A stretch of 64,000 nt of DNA from NCBI RefSeq assembly GCF_964355755.1, contig NC_092677.1, forward strand, positions 24,105,175 through 24,169,174, given 5' to 3'. A model generated the notes under the pieces. The model made no database searches, had not been told where the DNA came from, and saw only the letters and a list, made by a program, of their open reading frames with translations. This document shows positions 54,953 to 64,000 of the stretch, piece by piece. The position numbers were made by a program, and so were the translations under genes. The stretch is from Antedon mediterranea. Lineage: Eukaryota > Animalia > Echinodermata. Within the stretch, counting starts at the first letter, position 1, and every line of letters starts with the position of its first letter.

Positions 54953-55645
54953 AAGCTTGGTTTTGACTAGGATTCAACGCAAAGACGTAAGTAAATTGGC
55001 CACACAGTTTGATTGATTGATGTGATTGGTCAAATTACTTGCATTGCGCTTACGTCATTGCGTTGCATCCAAGTGGGAACCGAGCTTTAACTTTATTCTA
55101 GGATGCAATGCAAAGACATAAGTAAATTGACCACACAGTTTCAACGATCCATCATTTGTGATTGGTCAAATTACTTGCATTGCGCTTACGTCATTGCGAT
55201 GCATCCAAGTAGGAACCGAGCTTTAACTTTATTCTAGGATGCAATGCAAAGACATAAGTAAATTGACCACACAGTTTCAACAATCCATCATTTGTGATTG
55301 GTCAAATTACTTGCATTGCGCTTACGTCATTGCGATGCATCCAAGTAGGAACCGAGCTTTAACTTTATTCTAGGATGCAATGCAAAGACATAAGTAAATT
55401 GACCACACAGTTTCAACGATCCATCATTTGTGATTGGTCAAATTACTTGCATTGCGCTTACGTCATTGCGATGCATCCAAGTAGGAACCGAGCTTTAACT
55501 TTATTCTAGGATGCAATGCAAAGACATAAGTAAATTGACCACACAGTTTCAACGATCCATCATTTGTGATTGGTCAAATTACTTGCATTGCGCTTACGTC
55601 ATTGCGATGCATCCAAGTGGGAACCGAGCTTTAACTTTATTCTAC
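54953..55645. repeat. 136-bp tandem array x5 derived from an H1-related palindromic MITE
   Basis: cgagcttta recurs at 55081, 55217, 55353, 55489 and 55625 (period 136). The unit contains the MITE right TIR (agtgggaaccgagct) plus flank. Confidence 0.9.
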
Positions 55646-56674
55646 CTTACGTAATATTTCTTTTCATTACTATATCATAGCTAGGTTGTTTTATTGCGCT
55701 ACTGTGTATCCACAAAGATACATCAATCACAGAAAGGTAGTGTTCAAATTACACATCATTAGCAGTTAACATGGTGTCATGAATGTTACATTACCATTAC
55801 ACCTGTTATCTGATCATGTACATTCAACATACTGGTATGCTAACTGTCAGCACCATGTCATATTATCTCTTAAGCCTCTTTCGCACTAGACTTTTTTTTG
55901 TACAAGGCTTCTGCTTGAATATTAAAATTTAATCAAAATAAACTACCATGCAAAGACTTTCACTCAGTGTCACTGAGACCGCTGCAGTCTGTTGATTTGC
56001 GTCAACCAATCAAAGGGCAAGAATCCAAAATCGTTCAAAAGTGAGCCCTCATAGACTCTCTTTTCCCAGACGTTTTTTGAGTCCAGCAGATGGGACCTAT
56101 AAATTATTCGAGTTTTACAAAATATCGAAAATGTCAGCCTTAGATAAATAGCTTTCGCATTGATAAAGCTTCTTATTGATTATATCCTCTGGGGTTATAG
56201 CTGGCTAGAAGCGCGCGAAAAAAAAAAAACTTATTCGGACTCTAAATCGTCTACACAGTAATAATCTCTAGTTACTGTTGAAGTTGACCAAGCCAAGAAT
56301 GTTGGAGACAGCAGTAAGAGTTTTCTTAAATCTGAACTTTCTAAATTCCACATAACATGAATTGCAGCTTATAACAGTCAGGAAACCATTTCACTGTACA
56401 TAGGCCAACATACATTGTCATACGTGGTGTATGTTAATTGGCAACGCCAATAGTCTACAGTAGGTCATATGATCATGAATTATTTCAAACGAAATTCATA
56501 CAACATACCCTCATAATTTATCAATGTTTTTTTTATTACACTATGTAAATTTTCCATTAATAATATGATGTTCTTTGTATCATGTTAAGTAGGCATTACT
56601 GATATTTTATATACCAGTATGAATTTGAATGAAGTGTGTATAAATAAACTCAGTGAGTACTGTCATTCATAACT

Positions 56675-58916
56675 TTAAAAAGTACAGTAGCAATAACCAT
56701 GTTAGCTTAAACCCGATTAACACCTGTACAACACAATGTATTACAACATTTAAAAAGTGCAGCAATAACCATGTTAGCTTAAACCCAATTCACACTTGTA
56801 CAACACAATGTATTACAACATTTAAAAAGTGCAGCAATAACCATGTTAGCTTAAACCCGATTCACACCTGTACAACACAATGTATTACAACATTTAAAAA
56901 GTACAGCAACCACGTTCTTAAACCCGATTCACACTTGTACAACAAATGTATTACAACATTTAAAAAGTGCAACAACAACCATGTTAGCTTAAACCTGATT
57001 CACACCTGTAGAACACAATGTATTACAACATTTAAAAAGTGCAGCAATAACCATGTTAGCTTAAACCCGATTCACACCTGTACAACACAATGTATTACAA
57101 CATTTTAAAAGTGCAGCAACCATGTTAGCTTAAACCCGATTCACACTTGTACAACAAATGTATTACAACATTTAAAAAGTGCAGCAATAACCATGTTAGC
57201 TTAAACCCGATGCACACTTGTACAACAAATGTATTACAACATTTAAAAAGTGCAGCAATAACCATGTTAGCTTAAACCCGATTCACACTTGTACAACAAA
57301 TGTATTACAACATTTAAAAAGTGCAGCAATAACCATGTTAGCTTAAACCCGATTCACACTTGTACAACAAATGTATTACAACATTTAAAAAGTGCAACAA
57401 TAACCATGTTAGCATAAACCTGATTCACACTTGTACAACAAATGTATTACAACATTTAAAAAGTGCAGCAATAACCATGTTAGCTTAAACCCGATTCACA
57501 CTTGTACAACAAATGTATTACAACATTTAAAAAGTGCAGCAATGACCATGTTAGCTTAAACCTGATTCACACTTGTACAACAAATGTATTACAACATTTA
57601 AAAAGTGCAGCAATAACCATGTTAGCTTAAACCCGATTCACACCTGTACAACACAATGTATTACAACATTTAAAAAGTGCAGCAATAACCATGTTAGCTT
57701 AAACCCTATTCACACTTGTACATTTTTGTACAACAAATGTATTACAAGATTTAAAACGTGCAGCAATAACCATGTTAGCTTAAACCCGATTCACAGCTGT
57801 ACAACACAATGTATTACAACATTTAAAAAGTGCAGCAATAACCATGTTAGCTTAAACCCTATTCACACTTGTACAACAAATGTATTACAACATTTAAAAA
57901 GTGCAGCAATAACCATGTTAGCTTAAACCCTATTCACACTTGTACAACAAATGTATTACAACATTCAAAAAGTGCAGCAATAACCATGTTAGCTTAAACC
58001 CGATTCCCACCTGTACAACAAATGTATTACAACATTTAAAAAGTGCAGCAATAACCATGTTAGCTTAAACCTGATTCACACCTGTACAACACAATGTATT
58101 ACAACATTTAAAAAGTGCAGCAATAACCATGTTAGCTTAAACCCTATGCACACTTGTACAACAAATGTATTACAACATTTAAAAAGTGCAGCAATAACCA
58201 TGTTAGCTTAAACCCGATTCACACTTGTACAACAAATGTATTACAACATTTAAAAAGTGCAGCAATAACCATGTTAGCTTAAACCCAATTCACACTTGTA
58301 CAACACAATGTATTACAACATTTAAAAAGTGCAGCAATAACCATGTTAGCTTAAACCCGATTCACACTTGTACAACAAATGTATTACAACATTTAAAAAG
58401 TGCAGCAATAACCATGTTAGCTTAAACCCGATTCACACCTGTACAACACAATGTATTACAACATTTAAAAAGTGCAGCAATAACCATGTTAGCTTAAACC
58501 CGATTCACACCTGTACAACACAATGTATTACAACATTTAAAAAGTGCAGCAATAACCATGTTAGCATAAACCCGATTCACACCTGTACAACACAATGTAT
58601 TACAACATTTAAAAAGTGCAGCAATAACCATGTTAGCTTAAACCCGATTCACACCTGTACAACACAATGTATTACAACATTCAAAAGTGCAGCAATAACC
58701 ATGTTAGCTTAAACCCGATTCACACCTGTACAACACAATGTATTACAACATTCAAAAGTGCAGCAATAACCATGTTAGTTTAAACCCGATTCACACCTGT
58801 ACAACACAATGTATTACAACATTCAAAAGTGCAGCAATAACCATGTTAGTTTAAACCCGATTCACACCTGTACAACACAATGTATTACAACATTTAAAAA
58901 GTGCAGCAACAACCAT
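56675..58916. repeat. 71/72-bp satellite array, ~31 copies
   Basis: Unit aaaaagtgcagcaataaccatgttagcttaaacccgattcacac(c/t)tgtacaaca(c)aatgtattacaacattt; units are highly homogeneous. Confidence 0.95.
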
Positions 58917-60808
58917 AACTACAACAATACACTTTATTACAATACTCTTTATTTCAATTACGAGTTCATTTCTTTATAAAGTACAATTTAGTCTTTTACT
59001 CAAGTGATCTTTTGATGTCTGAAATCTTCAAAGAATAAAGGTATCATTCAGACTTGAATACCATTCTTTATTTGATTGGATGATTAAGTCACATGTGTTT
59101 GGATTTTTTCTTTTGGCAAAAGAACTTTTTAATGTTAAAACCGTAGTCTATTAATGATTGTTTATGAATAGAATGCTTAATCAATGTAATGGTTAAGAAA
59201 AAAAGGTATACAGTATGATAACCAATCAGCGTAAACTGAGGTCAACATGGGTCACATCAGATCACCAGCTAAAAGTTCAATCTATGTATACGAGATCAGG
59301 CACATGCCAAGCTTAACTACTGTATAACACATAACGTGCACAAGTAAATTTTGCTGAGGTGGACGATTAAGTGAGTTACCCCATGGGAAGGGGCATTAAA
59401 AGAGGATTAGATGGATACAACGATATCAACATTTAGGGCTATTTTGATGCATGTTTGATGTGTCCGTGTGCTGAGAAACGCACTAGAAGTAGGTCATGTT
59501 TGCCTAGCAATGACATTTCTGACTACACAGCCTACAGGACGTCTTGGTTGATGTTGAAAACTTTTCTGTATCATAGTCTGATTAGCTTCGCTTTAAACCA
59601 ATCCTAGTTTCTTAGTTAAGTGGGCCCTGACAGGCATGTGATCAACTTTGTCTAGTCATCCTATGTCCTCCATCTAGCCTTGTCAATCAATTGATCTATT
59701 TCCTTATTTGGATATTTTTCCCTTGCGATTGTCAGTTGAAATGGATGATCGATAGACATTTGATAATTCTAACAGTCCTTTCAGGATGTAGAGATGAATT
59801 CACTTATCCAGCCACTTGTGGGGATGAAGTCAAACGTATTACATAAATGTGTTCAACCATGATTTCTTTGTGTTAAAATAAAAGTAAAATTCACATTTAA
59901 AATGTCCAAAACGTATTAAAAACAGGGTAAAATGTGCATTTTTTCCGATTCCCAACTGACATTTTGAGTGGAATGGACCTATTATTACTGGTTTTGAATT
60001 TGCTCAATATTTTCAACCTGCCTGTAATATTATATGAATGAACGCAAAGAAAATTAACTACTTATCGCCTATGTCTGCATTTTCAATTTATTCCAGTCAA
60101 CATTAAAGTGTCGAAAACCCAATAAATATGACAAATATTAAAAATCTAAAATGACAAGTACATTAATTTAATAAGTTTTGCTAATTTTGTGGTTAAATAC
60201 ATTATACTTTAAAATCATGAACTAGAATTTTACTTGCTGATAGTAAATGAAAAACAAACTTTTGAATTCAATATGTACATTTAAAATGCATGTCTTTAGT
60301 TCATACTGTAGCTATAGGCTCCAGATTAACTAAGAAATCTGGGTACCATACTTCAATCAGGAAACTGCAGAGCTGCTGAAGGGGACAGGGTCAGCAAGGT
60401 TCATCAGGCCTGGAGACATGGTTAATCAGGGATTGTGACTTGTACTGTACTCTGGAGACTTGGCATATTCCAATGTGCCACTGTGCCCTTTGACCAATGT
60501 ACTTTGAATATTAAAGACAATATGTTTTCCAGTTCTATGTACTTTTATTTATTGACTTATTTATAACTGACCCATAACAGATGAACCTCTTGTTTCATCT
60601 GTGTAAAATTACATTTTCAATATTTCATCAAAAAGTGCATTCATTTTTACACTATATATATATACTTTTATTTGACAACATGCATTAATTTATTAATATT
60701 TTTCTCTTTTTGTCCGCAACATTTTCTGCCTAATCTTATTTTTTACTAGTTACAATTTCATTAAATTAAATTTATTTAATAACCATATTGATGTTTGTAT
60801 TTTCACAG

Positions 60809-61055
60809 CCATCGGTAAATGAAAATTCAAAGATTAAAGAAAAAGGCGAATCTGTGATTGTTATCGACAGTGATAGCGATAGTGAGAAGGATCTTGCAGC
60901 GCGTCGTAGCCATGCTCATCTGCAGGCATCTGTTCCTCAGAGCGTGATTCAGGCTCGTCCATCACAAAGGCCTGCTAGTGTAGGCCGGCCAGTGAGTGTT
61001 GGCTTACCAACCAGCGGTACTAGGCCTGGGAGTGCAGGACGCCCTCAGTCTTCTG
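60809..61055 (+). CDS. Internal coding exon (82 codons + 1 nt) of an unidentified protein with a low-complexity acidic and RPxS-rich region
   Basis: T-rich tract with tttcacag| acceptor; open frame PSVNENSKIKEKGESVIVIDSDSDSEKD...RPSQRPASVGRPVSVG...RPGSAGRPQSS; CTG|GTAAGA donor; sharply higher GC than the flanks. Confidence 0.85.
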
Positions 61056-61193
61056 GTAAGAAACTATTTTCTTTGTTTTAAATTTTTTTAATCAAAAAAT
61101 ACTTTTTTTTCTATCATTTGTTAGGGTGGAATCACCAATGGTAGGCCACGAAAACATAAACATCAACTTCCAGCAATGTTTTGGCACTAAACG

Positions 61194-61824
61194 TTAAAGA
61201 CACCTTCCCTACAATTTGTGACGTTTTGTTAAAATAATACATATATATTACTTTAAAAACATAAAACCAGGTCATTTCTTGTCTTAAATGTACGTTTTGT
61301 GGTAAATTAAGATAAAAAGTGAGAAACAATGCACTACCTAAGTAGCTCGCGTCGATTGACCTCTCGTGAACGGTCTTTAGGCCTAGCCTAGGTAGGCTTA
61401 GTTTTGTAGGCCAAGCTGGTAAACATCGGTAACGTACGAACATCATACGCTAGCTATATACCTAGCCTGACGTATAGTTGCTGCATTAATTGTCTTCCAT
61501 TTTTGCGAGACTCCGTTGATACAAATTGGGGAAAAACCGGTATTTTCGCTGAAAAGTTAGGAGTCTTCCATTTGTTTTGGCCTCACGATTGATCGAAAAG
61601 TTGGTGAATTACATAAGAAAAACCAAAATATCAATCCGCTCAAAATGCATTTTGGGATTTATAGCGGGCTGCTATAATTATTAGATTCGACTTATTTTTC
61701 ACATTTTTAACCATTTAAAGACGAAAACAGTTATCGCAATAGGACCATATAGTATTATTTTTACAAATAAATATTGTTTGTGATCTTAAAATAGATCTAA
61801 AAAACATAGGGAAGGTGTCTTTAA
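61194..61824 (-). mobile_element. Kolobok-like element family K2, inverted copy
   Basis: TTAA-agacaccttcccta ... tagggaaggtgtct-TTAA (perfect 14-bp TIR); reverse complement of 50484-51121. Confidence 0.85.
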
Positions 61825-63420
61825 AGGGGGATTCTGGGTTTAAAATTGCTTTTAAATATCGTTTATTTATTAAATAAAAAATATTATAACAATATAGACA
61901 TTTCAGAATGAAGAAGTAATAATGAGAAATTAAAAAAATAAAATTTCATATACATTTTAGGGTAAATTCATGGAAAGTCTGTTTTTTAGCAGCTTAGGGA
62001 AGCTCATTAATATTCATGAGATATTCACAAAATCACGTCACCAGTGGATTCCAAACTCGCGACGTCATGTACGTTGTGTTTGTCAACTAATTTACATCTC
62101 TCTCCCCTTTCAAACGACGACCACCATTGTGATCATTGTGAAATACATTTTTTGTAGATTTTCTAAGCTAGGCCTAAAGTGTAATAATAACAGTAGTAGC
62201 ATATATTTATTTGACATTTAATGAAATACAAAATTTAGTACAGATACGGAGTCATAAATTATACTATTTTTATACCTCTATAGTACAGATCGTATTATCG
62301 GCTTCACGTACAATACTACTCTAGGCCTAGCCTAATAATAATATGGGCGAGAGCCATTCTGACTAGGGATTCCATGCCACGATGGCTACGTTCAAACAAT
62401 GGGGCCTATGGGCCTAGCTAGCCTACTAGGCCTACTAGACGATTGGCCCATAAATAACAAAACCCATCCTATCAACCAAACTCCTAAACAATCTAAACCT
62501 AAAACATTCTACAAAATCGGCTGTAAATATTGAAGCAAAACAAGGTCCGATCGCCGTCCACACGTATGGTGTCCCGATCGTCTAAGTAGGCCTAAAATAA
62601 ATAGGTTTAGTTTACTCTCCAAAAAAGCGGATACTCATGCATCAAGCTGCACAAGCAAGTAGACCAGGTAGTAGGAAGGAGACCTAGCCGATCCGGCCCA
62701 GTTAAAAATTGAGCTAGCTAGTGTAGTAGACCCTATGCGAATTGATACTACCAGGCCTTTTACTATAGGCTGCACTACACAAATATTCCAACTCTCTCAT
62801 TTGAGCTATATTATCTATACCATTCCGGTAGGTCGAGTCGACCTTCAATCAAATACTGTACATCGTTCATGTTGTGATTATAGACGGGGCCGTATACTCG
62901 ACCCGACCAGTTTGGTATTGTTGTATCTGCTTATCACGTGACGATGCCAGGCATGGGCAGCAGAGAGCACGTGTATCGTCGTCTCGCTCGATCCTCAGCA
63001 GGAATGTACAGTATACGTTACGCTTCATTGATTTTGATTTTTCCCTAAGTCGGTGCGAAAATCGGCAAACGTAAAGTGCAAACATATCTAATTTTTCACT
63101 GTTTTGATGAATTTTCATAAAAAATTGACTTTATAAATGGGAAGACCGACTAAAATTACATCAGATAAGTATAATTTTACAAAAGTAATTTATATGGTTT
63201 ATGATAACGAGTCGTCGGAAGATGGAACATTTCACGAATTTCCTATTTTGTAACCACAGTGTGATTTTGCCGTAGCTGCACTTGTAATCTGGCCTGATTT
63301 CACAGCCTTCGTTCTGCTTCACTGGGCGCTTATATAAATTGAAACTTTTACCGTTCAAGAGACAAACAAATATATTTTACATTTTTTACTATTTATTTTA
63401 AACCCGGAACCCCCTTTTAA
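61821..63420. mobile_element. 1.6-kb Kolobok-like non-autonomous element, family K4
   Basis: TTAA-agggggattctgggtttaaaat ... attttaaacccggaacccccttt-TAA termini; CpG- and TAGGCCTA-rich interior; no transposase ORF recognised. Confidence 0.75.
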
Positions 63421-63569
63421 GATTTTGAAGGTTAGGTGATAGGGGTTGAAGTACAGTAGTTTGGAAAAAGCAACATAAAGATTTACATGCTTTGAAATAA
63501 TTCTTAATTCAAATTATATACAGTACAATTATTCTAATTACTACTGATGTTTTGTCAAAATAATGCATA

Positions 63570-64000
63570 TTACTTTTTTTTAAAAACCATGTCATTCCTT
63601 GTCTTAAATGTACTTTCTATGATTAATTATGATAAAAAGTAGCTTGCGTCGAATGTTCTAATTGTAGACATAATTAGCCCTAAACTAGCTACTGTAGGCA
63701 GTTTTGTAGGCAGTTTTGTAGGCCTAGCTGGTAAACAGCGGTAGTGTATGAACACCATACGATAGCTAGCCTGACGTTGTCTTGTTACTGAATTAATTGT
63801 CTTCCCTTTTTTTTGGAAGAATTCGTTTATGGTTCTTCAATTTGTGTTCCCTTCACGATCGATCAAACGTAGTGAGTGGGTGCATCACAGCCAATGGATT
63901 TTTGGTTGAATTTAACTATTTGTTTCGTCATTTTAGTAAAAACATAATTTTTTTTTCTACGAAAGTGATTAACTTTATTAAAACTACAAAATAACCTGTT
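63570..64000 (-). mobile_element. K2 fragment (63570-~63885) joined to a K3 fragment (~63887-64000)
   Basis: Collinear with 61260-61600, then with 43055-43140 and the reverse complement of 32420-32520. Confidence 0.65.

Noticed and set aside
56653-58712. Cys/His-rich repeat ORFs resembling a metal-binding protein, or a CRISPR-like array
   Set aside because: 72-bp satellite units are repeatedly frameshifted by 71-bp units. There are no unique spacers, no cas genes, and the context is eukaryotic.
62735-63358. ORFs inside the K4 element as a transposase or THAP fragment
   Set aside because: No THAP C2CH or DDE motifs recognised; the ORFs are short and overlap on both strands.

Overview
AT-rich eukaryotic (animal) genomic DNA, not prokaryotic, with no operons, rRNA or CRISPR arrays. 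Abundant TAGGCCTA motifs and the repeat families suggest a marine invertebrate such as an echinoderm (inference). The window looks like one very large intron, or a few, of a plus-strand gene. One well-supported 247-nt coding exon lies at 60809-61055 (acidic DSDSD patch plus RPxS repeats, protein not identified). A candidate phase-compatible first coding exon (MGNAHIHS...) lies about 47 kb upstream at 14000-14062. The rest is a mosaic of non-autonomous DNA transposons (Kolobok-like TTAA elements, PIF/Harbinger-like MITEs, a P-superfamily-like element with a 7-bp TSD, hAT-like and MULE/Merlin-like MITEs, Helentron/HINE elements), tRNA-derived SINEs, L2, RTE-like and Penelope-like retroelement remnants, and tandem arrays. 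Nearly all ORFs in the supplied track are spurious. The best leads are: (1) a P-like element carrying a CCAATx3 + CDE/CHR promoter-like cassette and a splice donor in the host orientation; (2) a Penelope-like insertion with a 13-bp TSD and a decayed hammerhead ribozyme; (3) TA-to-TAC(A/T)GTA Tc1/mariner-type excision footprints visible inside other repeats; (4) a 136-bp satellite born from a MITE; (5) inverted Kolobok-like copies bracketing the coding exon. All calls were made by eye without database searches, and superfamily assignments rest on terminal and TSD signatures.
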